A DNA stretch of 64,000 nt from Minisyncoccota bacterium (GCA_041664285.1 JBAYLA010000003.1:4684-68683); one strand, 5' to 3'. Counted from the stretch's first letter, positions 1 to 9,736 are shown. The notes: generated by a model from the letters alone, not told the origin. A program made the numbers and translations.

Positions 1-381
1 AGTGCCGATAATTGAAACTTGTGTGCCGATTGCTAGATCAGAGATAGTTCCATCTACTGATTTTGTAACTTTTGTATTATTGTCTACGAAAACTATTTTT
101 GATCCACCAGCGAAAGGGGTTGCTGAGCCTCCTTGGCCAACTCCTTCTGCTATTAGTTGTACTGTGATGCTGTTGGTATCTTTTGCAATAATTTGTCCAA
201 TCGTAAACCCTCCTGCGCCCCTTGCACTTCCTTTTACCCCTAGGGGACCATTTTGACCAAAAGCTTGCATGCCTTGATTTTTGGTTGGTGTTTGACTCTT
301 TCCATAAACCATACCTCCATAAAATGCTCCAACCAAAATGATAATTCCTACTATTACCAAACCAATTTTTTTATTATTCAT
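1..381 (-). CDS. Membrane-anchored DUF5666-like OB-fold protein (partial, runs off window start)
   Basis: Manual translation from ATG at 381: MNNKKIGLVIVGIIILVGAFYGGMVYGK...GQIIAKDTNSITV...SKIVFVDNNTKVTK; same architecture as 3975..4478; not in the ORF track because its stop lies outside the window. Confidence 0.75.
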   Translation of the reverse strand, partial: MNNKKIGLVIVGIIILVGAFYGGMVYGKSQTPTKNQGMQAFGQNGPLGVKGSARGAGGFTIGQIIAKDTNSITVQLIAEGVGQGGSATPFAGGSKIVFVDNNTKVTKSVDGTISDLAIGTQVSIIGT

Positions 382-421
382 ATTTTTTATTTATCATAAT
401 AATAATTAACTAATAATTTTT

Positions 422-1648
422 TTACTCATACCTTAATGCGTCTATTGGATTTAATGAAGCTGCATGTTGAGCGGGATAGTAACCAAAAACAATGCCAATC
501 ACTGTGGATACTCCAAAAGCTAGTAAGACTGAAGACAAAGAAACTTGAGCTTGCACAATTCCCAAATAAGCTAAACTAACAGATATTAGCCAACCAAGTA
601 TTATTCCTATTGTTCCCCCAACAAACGTAATAACAACTGCTTCTGTTAAGAATTGCGTATTGATGTCTTTACGTTTGGCTCCAATGGCTTTGCGTAAACC
701 TATCTCTCTCGTACGTTCTGTTACAGTGGTTAGCATCATATTCATAATTCCAATTCCTCCTACTAGAAGAGAAATACCTGCAACAGCAGCGAGAAGAGTG
801 GTGAAAGTGCTTGTAACACTTGAGGCGGTAGCGAGAATATCAGCTTGATTCATTGTGCCAAAATCAGCTTTGGTCGAATCTATAATATTATGACGATCAA
901 GCAATAATGTTGTTATGTCTACTTGGACTTGGCTAGAAGCATCAGAACTTTCTGCAGAAACATCAATTTCACTTAAATATTTATTGCCAGATAGATATCT
1001 TTGAGCGGTCGTATAAGGTATATAAACTATGTCGTCACTATTACTAAAACCAGAACCCCCTTTTGATTTTGTGATACCGATTACTTTATATTCCGAACCA
1101 GAAATACGAATTTTTTGACCAACAACATCAGTAACATTTTCGCCAAATAAATCATCTCTCGTGGTTGGTCCCAAGACAGCAACTTTTGAACCGTCTTTTA
1201 CATTTTGATCTGAAATAAAATTTCCTTCATCAATTGAAACGTTACGAACGGTTGCATAAGATGGTTCAGTCCCCATTATGCTGGTATTAGTGTTTGTTCC
1301 TGAAGCAGTTATTTGTTTACGCGAAGAAACTTCCCTTACTACTCCAGCGACATTTGAAATCTGGGTTTCTATTGCATCAGCATCTTCTAAGGTTAATGTT
1401 TGAGCTCCACCACGAGCAGCATTTGGACCACCACTAAAAGAACGAGTAGCTCCAGGAGTAATCATAATTAAATTTGCTCCAATTGATTCAATACTCGAAG
1501 AAATTGAATTTTTTGAACCTTGACCAATTGCGGTCATGGCAATAACTGAAGCAATACCAATAACAACACCAAGCATAGTAAGCCCTGTTCTAACTTTGTT
1601 TGAAAAAAGTGCACTATATGTTTCTTCTAAAATGTCTTTTATTTTCAT
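422..1648 (-). CDS. MacB/FtsX-family ABC transporter permease
   Basis: RTGLTMLGVVIGIASVI N-terminal TM; GGIGIMNMMLTTVTERTREIGLRKAIGA; LNPIDALRYE end. Confidence 0.95.
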   Translation of the reverse strand: MKIKDILEETYSALFSNKVRTGLTMLGVVIGIASVIAMTAIGQGSKNSISSSIESIGANLIMITPGATRSFSGGPNAARGGAQTLTLEDADAIETQISNVAGVVREVSSRKQITASGTNTNTSIMGTEPSYATVRNVSIDEGNFISDQNVKDGSKVAVLGPTTRDDLFGENVTDVVGQKIRISGSEYKVIGITKSKGGSGFSNSDDIVYIPYTTAQRYLSGNKYLSEIDVSAESSDASSQVQVDITTLLLDRHNIIDSTKADFGTMNQADILATASSVTSTFTTLLAAVAGISLLVGGIGIMNMMLTTVTERTREIGLRKAIGAKRKDINTQFLTEAVVITFVGGTIGIILGWLISVSLAYLGIVQAQVSLSSVLLAFGVSTVIGIVFGYYPAQHAASLNPIDALRYE

Positions 1649-2328
1649 AAAGTTTTTTTATCACTTAATATCATTCCATCTTTGATATGGATAATTCTAT
1701 CTGCATGCTCTGCAACATCTTGTTCGTGGGTGATAAGAATAATTGTACGACCCAAATCACGATTTAATTTTTGAAAGGTAGCTAAAACAATTTCTCCGGT
1801 TTTTGTATCAAGGTTTCCAGTTGGTTCATCTGCCAGAATAAGTGCTGGATTATTTACAAGGGCGCGGGCAATAGCTACACGTTGAATTTGTCCGCCGGAA
1901 AGTTGGTTGGAAAGATGTCCAAAATGACTTTCTCCCAGCCCAGCGTCAAACAACGCTTTTTTCGCACGTTGATCTCGTTCAGCGCCATGAATCCCTTCAT
2001 AAACAAGCGGTAAGGAAACATTTCGCAAAACTGTTGTGCGTGGCAAAAGATTGAATGATTGAAAAACAAATCCAATTTTATCTCTTCTGATATCTGCCAG
2101 TTCGTCGTCGGAAAGAGTGGAAACATCTTTTCCGTCAAGAAAATAAGTTCCAGAAGAAGGACTATCAAGCGCCCCTAAGATATGCATCAGAGTTGATTTA
2201 CCAGATCCGGATGGTCCCATAATGGCAACATATTCTCCATTTTTAATAGTGAAAGTTATATTATTTAGGGCTTTGAAATCTTCTTCCCCGCTTTTGTATA
2301 TTTTGGTAATATTTTTAATTTCAATCAT
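1645..2328 (-). CDS. MacB/LolD-type ABC transporter ATP-binding protein
   Basis: Walker [14 protein letters not shown] signature, [11 protein letters not shown]. Confidence 0.95.
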   Translation of the reverse strand: MIEIKNITKIYKSGEEDFKALNNITFTIKNGEYVAIMGPSGSGKSTLMHILGALDSPSSGTYFLDGKDVSTLSDDELADIRRDKIGFVFQSFNLLPRTTVLRNVSLPLVYEGIHGAERDQRAKKALFDAGLGESHFGHLSNQLSGGQIQRVAIARALVNNPALILADEPTGNLDTKTGEIVLATFQKLNRDLGRTIILITHEQDVAEHADRIIHIKDGMILSDKKTL

Positions 2329-2334
2329 AAAAAA

Positions 2335-3960
2335 TTACATTCCCGGAGGACCTCCTCCACCTAACAAACTTTTAGTGCTAGTGGTACTGTTTTTAGTGGT
2401 ACTAGTGCTAGTGACAGTACGAGAAACAACCTGATCTCCTTCTTTTAGCCCTGAAATAATTTCTGTGTTGGTGTCGTCAGAAACTCCAATTTCTACTGTT
2501 ACTTGATTAGGAGCTATACTAGAAGGTGTTCCTTGGGAACCTGTACTGGGGGCGGGAAGTGGAGTAGCAAACATCAAAACATATTTCACAGTGCCTTGAG
2601 TTTTTATTGCACTAGAAGGAATCATAAGCGTATTTGTTTTTGAATCAGTAATAATTGAAGCAGAAACGCTCATACCTGGTTTTATTTGATCATTTTCTGT
2701 GTCAAAAGCAATTTTTATACTATACGACACAACACCGCTAGAAACTGTTCCCATAGTATCAATTTCTGCCACAGATCCGGTCATTGATAGATTTTCTATT
2801 GCATCAAAAGTAATTGTTGCTTTTTGTCCAAGTTTTATTTTTGCCACATCTACTTCGTTCATTGAAAGAGTAGCAATTTTTTTATTAGTGATTATTGAAC
2901 CAAGTGTACCTGAAGCAGTGTCTCCAACCTTAGCAGAGACGCTTGCAATTGTTCCATCAAAAGGTGCAGAAACATAATAATCAGCTAAAGCTTGTTGCGC
3001 ATCAGCTAAAGCATTTTGTTTTTGAGTGACAGTAATCAAAGCGTTTTGCATGTCAATATCATTACTTGGGATAGAGTCTTTATAACTTTGAATATTTTCT
3101 TTAGCGGTGAGTAAAGCAGAGCTGTGTCCATTGATCGTATTTGTATATCCAGATAAAGTACTTTGGGCTGAAGTAAAATCAGATGAGCGTCCTGTATTTT
3201 CTGCTAAATAATTAACATAATTGTTCAAATCTTTTATAGCATTGGATAAAAGTTGAGTTGTGTCGTAAGTTTTACTAATCAAGGCATCAATCTCACTTTG
3301 CTTAGAATTATAATCTAGAGTATTGAAATCATTTTTGTTTTTATCATAGGCTGTTTGGGCGGTATAATAAGCTGTTTCTGCTGTAGTTCTGTAATCTATT
3401 GCAGTTTTTCCACTGTTTCGTGCGGCATTATCTGACAGGGTTCCCTGAGCTAAAAGATTTTGAATTCCATTTAAAGTAGAAGGTAGATCTAAGAAAGTAG
3501 TCGAAACAGTGTTAAAACCATCAACATAAACTTTGGTTAAGCTTGCATTGGTGTTATCGTTAGAGTTTTGAATTTGAAGTTTCTGTAAAGATAAATTTGC
3601 ACTTTGCAAACTTATTTTGGCATCTCGGATAGTTTTTTCTGCATCAGAATTGTCGATTGAAAAAAGTGTTTTACCTTTTGTAACTTTATCACCAGCTTTT
3701 ACTCCTACATGAGTAATTGTTCCAGAAACTTTTGCAATCAAATCAATTTGGCTAGAGCTTTCTACTTGTCCACTTGCGGTAATAGAGGAGATAATCGTTC
3801 CTTTTTGTACTTTTGTTGTAATATATTGTGTTTCTCCGGCAGAACTGGTTATCTTTATATAAATTGAATATCCTCCATACAAAACAGCTATTATTATAAT
3901 TATACTAATAATTTTATGCGCAATGGCAAAGGCTTTAATCTTCAAGAAAAAGTTTTTCAT
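2335..3960 (-). CDS. MacA/HlyD-family periplasmic adaptor with long coiled-coil insert
   Basis: N-terminal TM, lipoyl half motifs (KVSGTITHVGVKAGDKV; APFDGTIASVSAKVGD), IKPGMS, GLKEGDQVV. Confidence 0.9.
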   Translation of the reverse strand: MKNFFLKIKAFAIAHKIISIIIIIAVLYGGYSIYIKITSSAGETQYITTKVQKGTIISSITASGQVESSSQIDLIAKVSGTITHVGVKAGDKVTKGKTLFSIDNSDAEKTIRDAKISLQSANLSLQKLQIQNSNDNTNASLTKVYVDGFNTVSTTFLDLPSTLNGIQNLLAQGTLSDNAARNSGKTAIDYRTTAETAYYTAQTAYDKNKNDFNTLDYNSKQSEIDALISKTYDTTQLLSNAIKDLNNYVNYLAENTGRSSDFTSAQSTLSGYTNTINGHSSALLTAKENIQSYKDSIPSNDIDMQNALITVTQKQNALADAQQALADYYVSAPFDGTIASVSAKVGDTASGTLGSIITNKKIATLSMNEVDVAKIKLGQKATITFDAIENLSMTGSVAEIDTMGTVSSGVVSYSIKIAFDTENDQIKPGMSVSASIITDSKTNTLMIPSSAIKTQGTVKYVLMFATPLPAPSTGSQGTPSSIAPNQVTVEIGVSDDTNTEIISGLKEGDQVVSRTVTSTSTTKNSTTSTKSLLGGGGPPGM

Positions 3961-3974
3961 ATAATTATAATTTA

Positions 3975-4478
3975 TTATTGTATTGGTGTTAGTGCCTGAG
4001 GGGGAGGAGGAGGGATAGGCATACCAGCTGGCATTATTCTGATAAGTTTCGCCTCTATTTGGCCTTGAGCATTTGGAGATCCGATAATCACAACAAAATC
4101 ATCAATTATAAGGTCGCTAGCCTTAATTTCTGACATCATTTTTTGTATTTTTGTATCATCTTTTAGTAGAATTACTTTTTCTGTATTATCTTTGTCCTGG
4201 ACGATGATTGTCGGCAAAGTTATTTTTATTATTTTACCAATAGCTCCATTGGCATTTGGGAAATTATCTTGACCAAACATCGGACGATTGGGCCTCATTC
4301 CGAAATTATGTTCATAATTGTCTCCCCATGCACGTCCGAAAGATGCCTTACGAAAACCGACTGTGATTCCAGCTGAAAAGATTAGCAGGGCAACTATAAT
4401 AACCCCAAGTACACACAAAACTTTTAAAGTGATTCTTGATTCAAAAACTTTTTTTATATCCTCGTATATTTTTTTCAT
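3975..4478 (-). CDS. Membrane-anchored DUF5666-like protein
   Basis: TM, then GKIIKITLPTIIVQDKDNTEKVILLKDDTKI...DDFVVIIGSPNAQGQIEAKLIRI OB-like pattern; Pro-rich tail. Confidence 0.65.
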   Translation of the reverse strand: MKKIYEDIKKVFESRITLKVLCVLGVIIVALLIFSAGITVGFRKASFGRAWGDNYEHNFGMRPNRPMFGQDNFPNANGAIGKIIKITLPTIIVQDKDNTEKVILLKDDTKIQKMMSEIKASDLIIDDFVVIIGSPNAQGQIEAKLIRIMPAGMPIPPPPPQALTPIQ

Positions 4479-4494
4479 TTTTTATATAGCTTAA

Positions 4495-4899
4495 TTAAGC
4501 CGTTAATAATAATTGATTTCTAATAATTTGTTTCATTAAATATTTTAATGATAAAAAGAAAATAAAAACTAAAGAAAGAGTAAAAACTATACTTAATACA
4601 GGTAAGGACTCTGCAAGAGAGAACACAAATTCTCTCCAAGCAGAAAGGATTAATCCACTATCAGAAAAAGCCAAAGATAGGTATTCATAAAAACCAGATT
4701 GGGCTAAATCACTCCCTAATATTTTAAAGGCTGGCACTAATCCAACCAAAGAGGTGATTCCCACTAAAACAAAAAGCCATAATTTTATTTGAGTATTATG
4801 TTTTTCACGCTTCACTAGAGTAAGCCAAATATTTTGACTTAAATTAAGGTTTTCTTCATACTTAGCTTTTTGAAACACCTTAGTTAATCTGTCTTGCAT
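4495..4899 (-). CDS. Membrane protein, probable anti-sigma factor
   Basis: Short cytoplasmic N-terminus plus two TM segments, directly downstream of the ECF sigma gene. Confidence 0.6.
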   Translation of the reverse strand: MQDRLTKVFQKAKYEENLNLSQNIWLTLVKREKHNTQIKLWLFVLVGITSLVGLVPAFKILGSDLAQSGFYEYLSLAFSDSGLILSAWREFVFSLAESLPVLSIVFTLSLVFIFFLSLKYLMKQIIRNQLLLTA

Positions 4900-4910
4900 A
4901 TATAGAAGGG

Positions 4911-4939
4911 TATACGTAACAGCAAGTCATTTTGGTGCA
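4911..4939 (-). promoter_or_regulatory. Candidate ECF (SigW/SigM-like) promoter TGCACC-N17-CGTATA
   Basis: Minus strand reads TGCACC AAAATGACTTGCTGTTA CGTATA, 11 nt before the ATG at 4899; resembles the B. subtilis TGAAAC...CGTA consensus. Confidence 0.5.
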
Positions 4940-4954
4940 AGATCTTGGAAAATT

Positions 4955-5051
4955 ATAAATTAAACTTTTTTCGGTACGGATTTTTTGAAGCTTAAAAAAT
5001 CCTGAAGTTTTTGCGCCGTCGCGCTCAAAACCCCTTCAAAAGTTTATTTAT
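4955..5051. repeat. Dispersed structured repeat family A, copy 1
   Basis: Near-identical to the reverse complement of 45817..45926 and similar to 63711..63834; terminal inverted repeats and two internal hairpins. Confidence 0.85.
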
Positions 5052-5619
5052 AATTTTCCAACATCCTTCGCATTTCTATAATAGCTCTACGGTGAATACT
5101 TTTAACAGTATTTAGTGGTTTGTTTAAAATACGCCCTATTTCTTCAAAAGTCATTTCTTCTTGATAATGGAGAATTAAAACTTCTTGGTAACCTGGACGA
5201 AGTTTCGCTAGTATTTTATTTAAAAAAATGCTATCTTCCAATTTTTGCAGAGCTTCTTCTGGTAACAAGTTTTCATCTGGTATCTTTTCAGCTAAAGAAT
5301 CTATATCTTCATCATCTTCGTTTTTTATATCAGAAAATAATAAGCTCTTCTTTTTTCTTAAAAAATCGGTCACAGCATTTCTGGCAATAATAAAAATCCA
5401 AGTTTTAAAGCTTGCTTTTCGTAGATCAAAACGCGCAATATTTTTCCAAGCTTTTATAAAAATTTCTTGAACTAGGTCAGATGCCTCATTTTTGTTGGTG
5501 AGGCGCGCAGTAAAATTATAAAGTGGTGTTGTATAGCGAGTGATTAAAACTTTAAACGCTTCTTCGTCACCATTTTTATACAAAACAATGATTTCTTCAT
5601 CTGATTCATTTGATAGCAT
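5044..5619 (-). CDS. ECF RNA polymerase sigma factor (SigW/RpoE-like)
   Basis: DEEAFKVLITRY, DLVQEIFIKAW, FKTWIFIIARN (region 2); EMTFEEIGRILNKPLNTVKSIHRRA (region 4). Confidence 0.95.
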   Translation of the reverse strand: MLSNESDEEIIVLYKNGDEEAFKVLITRYTTPLYNFTARLTNKNEASDLVQEIFIKAWKNIARFDLRKASFKTWIFIIARNAVTDFLRKKKSLLFSDIKNEDDEDIDSLAEKIPDENLLPEEALQKLEDSIFLNKILAKLRPGYQEVLILHYQEEMTFEEIGRILNKPLNTVKSIHRRAIIEMRRMLENYK

Positions 5620-5627
5620 TTTCTAAA

Positions 5628-5682
5628 TATACCCCCACCCCTATTTAAAATCAAAGAATATAAAAATAGGTGTGGGGGTATA
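5628..5682. repeat. Palindromic repeat family B (CCCCCACAC...GTGTGGGGG), copy 1
   Basis: TATACCCCCACCCCTATTT...AAATAGGTGTGGGGGTATA. Confidence 0.8.
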
Positions 5683-5686
5683 ACAT

Positions 5687-5719
5687 AAAAAAACTCCGAC
5701 CAGAGGTTGGAGTTTTTTT
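5687..5719 (-). terminator. Rho-independent terminator of the surface protein gene
   Basis: AAAAAAACTCCGACC-AGA-GGTTGGAGTTTTTTT hairpin flanked by A and T tracts. Confidence 0.75.
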
Positions 5720-5729
5720 ATGTTGCTTC

Positions 5730-8078
5730 TTATTGCACTGTAGTGGTTGTAGTTTTCTTACCAGATGGAAGATCAGAAATAACTGTAGTTTTTTTACGGA
5801 AAGACTGATCAAAAATGTATCTAGCTAAAAATGCAAGGATGAGGATCAAGATAAGCAATAGAAGCCATCCGAATAGATTTGTTGGAAGAAAGCCAGCTCC
5901 AAATACGTTTGCTCCAAGTGGTAAGATAGTTGTTTCATCTTTTGTTGCACTCCAGACTTGGGCAGAAACATTAGCATTGACTGATTGAGGTTGTCCAGCA
6001 GGGTCTGTATAACTTAAAGTTGCAGGGAAGTTCAAATTTGTTCCTTCAGCAATATTGTCTCGGACTCGAGTTTTGATGGTAACAGTTCCTTGACCATTGG
6101 CCTTCAGAGTTCCTAAAGTAAAGATTAAAGTATTTCCAGATCTATTTGGGTTATTTGGATTTGAAGAAATGTAATCTACTTCATAGGGAAGATCTACCCT
6201 TAGGGTAAGATTAGAAATTGCTCCTGTGCCTATATTTTGATAGCTGACGGTGTAGTTAATTTCATCTCCAGGACGTGGTCTAGTGTTGTCTATCGTCGGA
6301 ACGATTGGTTGGTTGCGATCAACAGAAGAGGTAATAAGGACAAGTGAAGTCGGAATAGGTTTTGGATTAACGATTGTTTGATTACGAACGGTTATTGTTT
6401 CTGAATCTACAGCAGTCCCGAAATTATTACTACAGGTAAGGGTAAAAGTTCTACTGCCTGTTAATGATCCAGTGTAGAAACTTCCTGGACCAATGCTTTT
6501 TGTTCCTGCCCATCCAACAGATCCTCCTGATGCATTACAATAAGTCGCATTGGTAGTAATCCAACGAAGAGTAGCAGAACCGTTGTAGGCTACATTTGTC
6601 TGATCGGAATAAAGCACTACTGTTGGACGATTGTTAACAACAATATTATATCTGCAAGGGAGTACTCCGCCGTAATTTATGGCACTTGTATCTCGGCAAG
6701 TTTGAATAATGTATGTACAAGGCAGTACACCTCCGTAATTATTAGCATTTATATCTTGGCAAGTTTGAATGTAGTTATTATATCTGCATGGCAATACTCC
6801 ACCATAATTTATAGCACTTGTATCTCGGCAAGTTTGAATGTATGTACAAGGTAATGTTCCTCCATAATTGTTGGCACTTGTGTCTTGGCAAGTCTGTTGT
6901 TGATATTGGTTTACATAAACAGTGGCTGCAGCGCTTGCTTGCTGTCCATTTGTGCCATAACAAGTGATTGTATAATTATTTGTATACGTTGGATAGACAG
7001 AAGAAGATCCGGAAGTTGCACTGCCTCCGTTCCATGAACCAGAACAATAAGATGCATTAGTAGAATTCCAAGTCAAAATTGAACTATTGCCATTCTGAAT
7101 AGAAGAAGGATTGGCATAAAGAGTGACGGTTGGAGTTTGGGTTGTTTGATTTACAGAAACAGTAGCTGAAGCACTGGCTTGCTGTCCGGTACTATTCACA
7201 CAAGTAACACTGTAAGTGGTAGTGACGTTTGGATTAACTATTCCTGATCCACTTGTAGCGGTACTGGAAGTCCAATAAGAAGAACAAGAAGTTGCGTTTG
7301 CAGAATTCCAGACTAAGGTTGAATTACCTCCATATTGAATACTAGATGGATTGGCATAAAGAGTGACGGTAGGAGTTTGCACAAAACATGCTTCATTTGT
7401 ATATGACTGAGTAGAAGATCCAGAACAATAAGCTCCACCGTTACTTGGACTTGGATTGGTGCAGGTACGAGTTTGAGTGCCTGAATATCCACATTGAGTA
7501 CTCTTAGCACTCCAGTCGCTCCAGCCACCGTTTACAGGCACTGAACATGGGGGATTTGTATATGATTGACTAGAAGGTCCAGAACAATAAGCTCCACCGT
7601 TAGCAGGAGTTGGATTGGTACAAGTACGAGTTTGAGTGCCTGAATATCCACATTGAGTACATTTAGCACTCCAATCACTCCATCCTCCGTTTACGGGAGT
7701 TGGGGCAGGGGTACAGGAAGGAGTAGTGAAATTCAAAGTATCACCAATAGCCTTGCCATATCTATTTGAAGCCATTGCTCGATAAGAATATAAACTATTT
7801 TCAGAAAGATTGTTTATTGTTGCTGAAAAAAATTGATCAGAAGAAAAAGTTTGACTTGGAGTGCTGTAGATAGTTGAATTACCTGGCCCCCAATCAAACC
7901 ATACGGTAGTAGGTGAGCCATGAGTTACAAAATCACCCTCTATTGTGGCACTATGGCAACTTAAAGCTATAGGCCCTGCCAAAGCAATTTTAGTAGGAAT
8001 TAAAGTAGAGGCAAAAAGACCAAACAGAGCAATAGCGCTTATTGTTAAAAATTTTGTTTTAAATGTTGTATTTTTCAT
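5730..8078 (-). CDS. Secreted/membrane-anchored Cys-rich adhesin-like protein: FN3-like, 2x thrombospondin type 1, Ig/PKD-like repeats, 4x short Cys repeats, DUF11, C-terminal TM
   Basis: Signal peptide; VNGGWSDWS...CGYSGTQTRTCTNP.P.NGGAYC twice; PTVTLYANPSSIQ twice; QTC.D..A.NYGG.LPC.Y four times; PGDEINYTVSYQNIGTG. Confidence 0.8.
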   Translation of the reverse strand: MKNTTFKTKFLTISAIALFGLFASTLIPTKIALAGPIALSCHSATIEGDFVTHGSPTTVWFDWGPGNSTIYSTPSQTFSSDQFFSATINNLSENSLYSYRAMASNRYGKAIGDTLNFTTPSCTPAPTPVNGGWSDWSAKCTQCGYSGTQTRTCTNPTPANGGAYCSGPSSQSYTNPPCSVPVNGGWSDWSAKSTQCGYSGTQTRTCTNPSPSNGGAYCSGSSTQSYTNEACFVQTPTVTLYANPSSIQYGGNSTLVWNSANATSCSSYWTSSTATSGSGIVNPNVTTTYSVTCVNSTGQQASASATVSVNQTTQTPTVTLYANPSSIQNGNSSILTWNSTNASYCSGSWNGGSATSGSSSVYPTYTNNYTITCYGTNGQQASAAATVYVNQYQQQTCQDTSANNYGGTLPCTYIQTCRDTSAINYGGVLPCRYNNYIQTCQDINANNYGGVLPCTYIIQTCRDTSAINYGGVLPCRYNIVVNNRPTVVLYSDQTNVAYNGSATLRWITTNATYCNASGGSVGWAGTKSIGPGSFYTGSLTGSRTFTLTCSNNFGTAVDSETITVRNQTIVNPKPIPTSLVLITSSVDRNQPIVPTIDNTRPRPGDEINYTVSYQNIGTGAISNLTLRVDLPYEVDYISSNPNNPNRSGNTLIFTLGTLKANGQGTVTIKTRVRDNIAEGTNLNFPATLSYTDPAGQPQSVNANVSAQVWSATKDETTILPLGANVFGAGFLPTNLFGWLLLLILILILAFLARYIFDQSFRKKTTVISDLPSGKKTTTTTVQ

Positions 8079-8285
8079 AATATGATTTTTATCATACTAG
8101 TTTACCTTTGTCAAGTATTACTAGATAATAATTTTAATTGTATAAAAGTAAAAATCGACATTTTTACCCTTCCGGAATTATCAATGATAAATATTAATTT
8201 CCATTAATAACTTTGGAAGGGAGAGGAGATGCATAACATCTCCTCATAGATTGATTAAAACTTATAGGAGGGATTTTAGAAGAAT

Positions 8286-8855
8286 TTAATGTGTGTTAAC
8301 GTCGGGAGGTTGTCCTCCGTCGCTACCACCTTTTGAGCCAGATAGTGCCCATACTGCTAGCCCGGTTAATATGATGCCAGCAATAGTCAACTTTCCCCAA
8401 TGCTGACTCAACAAGGATGGTTCTTCAACCTTTTTATCATCGGCGGGGATTAATGGAAGCGGGTCTTTTTTTAAAGCTTCCATTTCGCGTGTTGCGGGTT
8501 TGGTTTGCTCCTCTTTTATGAGAAACAGTTTGTTATATCCTGCGACACACCCGCAGAGATATAACTCACTTCCTTTGACCGCTACTTGAGCCTTATCAGA
8601 AAGTTCCGATAAGACTGCTTTGTTAGAACGTGTGGAATTCCAAATACGAGTCCCCACCAACTCTCCTGCTGGGGAGCACATAACACCGTCCGGCAGTTTT
8701 TTCAGTACTTGGGCTTCGGGGTATTCCACCTCCTGTCCAAACTGAAGGTACCTTCCTTGACCCGTGGGGTCAGGCCTTCCTTCTTCCGCCCAGGCTAGCA
8801 CGGAGAAGCCCAAAATTGCCGCGGCCATTATAATGGCCAAACCTAATCTTTTCAT
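8286..8855 (-). CDS. Hypothetical secreted protein with C-terminal TM
   Basis: Sec signal ending AWA, C-terminal hydrophobic helix, GGAGG SD upstream, visibly higher GC than flanks. Confidence 0.7.
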   Translation of the reverse strand: MKRLGLAIIMAAAILGFSVLAWAEEGRPDPTGQGRYLQFGQEVEYPEAQVLKKLPDGVMCSPAGELVGTRIWNSTRSNKAVLSELSDKAQVAVKGSELYLCGCVAGYNKLFLIKEEQTKPATREMEALKKDPLPLIPADDKKVEEPSLLSQHWGKLTIAGIILTGLAVWALSGSKGGSDGGQPPDVNTH

Positions 8856-9125
8856 CTTGTAACCTCCATTTCTAAAGAATTTTTTAGGGTTAAATCCATA
8901 ATATCGTTGGGACTATTCCCCCCCTTTTTTTGTTTTACTTACAATGTACTTTTGGGGACAACCCCCATATATTTAAAAGGATTATTCCTATTATTTTTCA
9001 AATAGAATTGTATCATAGATGGGTCAAAAAGTCAATAGTCCTAAATAGAGTATTGCTTAGCCTAAAAAATTTAATTTTTATATAAAAATCTTTGATTCTA
9101 TAATTAAATTTGAATTTTGTATTAG

Positions 9126-9197
9126 TGCCCTCGGCAGGAATCGAACCTGCATCGCAACTTCCGCAAAGTTGCGTCCTATCCATTGAACGACGAAGGC
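9126..9197 (-). tRNA. tRNA-Arg(GCG)
   Basis: Cloverleaf GCCTTCG...CGAGGGC-A; anticodon arm CAACT-TTGCGGA-AGTTG; GGTTCGATTCC T arm; no encoded CCA. Confidence 0.92.
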
Positions 9198-9234
9198 AAT
9201 AACTTTAGATTAACAGTTTTTTTTAAAAAGTCTA

Positions 9235-9729
9235 TCAGAACCCGAGAGCTTCCATGATTTTTTCTGAAGCGTGCTCTTTCATTTCAACTTCGGGAATATT
9301 TTTAGAAAGCATGATGGAGTGAATATCTTGCGCTATTGTTTTATCTATCGGCATAGAAATAATTGGCATGAAAGCTCTTTCTGAATGTATAAAAAATATT
9401 GGTTTTAGATCCGTTTCTTCCTTGAGGTCTACTTGAATCCAAAAAGATTTTATATTTTCATAAGGATAAAGACGATTTCTGATTGTTAAGCCCTTTTGAT
9501 TTAATTCATAAGTAACCATATCTGGTTTTTTAATGGCAAAAAATCCTAACAAGACTCCAGATAGTATTAAAAGTACTGCAAAAAAATAATTTTCAAAAAT
9601 AATAGAGGCGATGGAACTGGTTACCACAATAATTCCGAGAGCCCAAAACCAATCAGGGCTGCGATCCTTTTCTTCGTATTCTAAAGCAGACCAAATTAAT
9701 TTTTCATCAGAGTTTTCAATTATTTCCAT
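9235..9729 (-). CDS. Conserved CPR membrane protein (DUF5673/PH-like)
   Basis: WSALEYEEKDRSPDWFW, two TMs, GLTIRNRLYPYENIKSFWI. Confidence 0.65.
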   Translation of the reverse strand: MEIIENSDEKLIWSALEYEEKDRSPDWFWALGIIVVTSSIASIIFENYFFAVLLILSGVLLGFFAIKKPDMVTYELNQKGLTIRNRLYPYENIKSFWIQVDLKEETDLKPIFFIHSERAFMPIISMPIDKTIAQDIHSIMLSKNIPEVEMKEHASEKIMEALGF

Positions 9730-9736
9730 AGAATAA

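Noticed and set aside
2-256. Plus-strand 84-aa ORF and the many short ORFs antisense to or nested in long genes
   Set aside because: Shadow frames of well-supported genes on the other strand or frame, with no recognisable motifs
6645-6895. Four tandem repeats that could look like a CRISPR array
   Set aside because: They are in-frame coding repeats of the surface protein, have no unique spacers, and no cas genes are present
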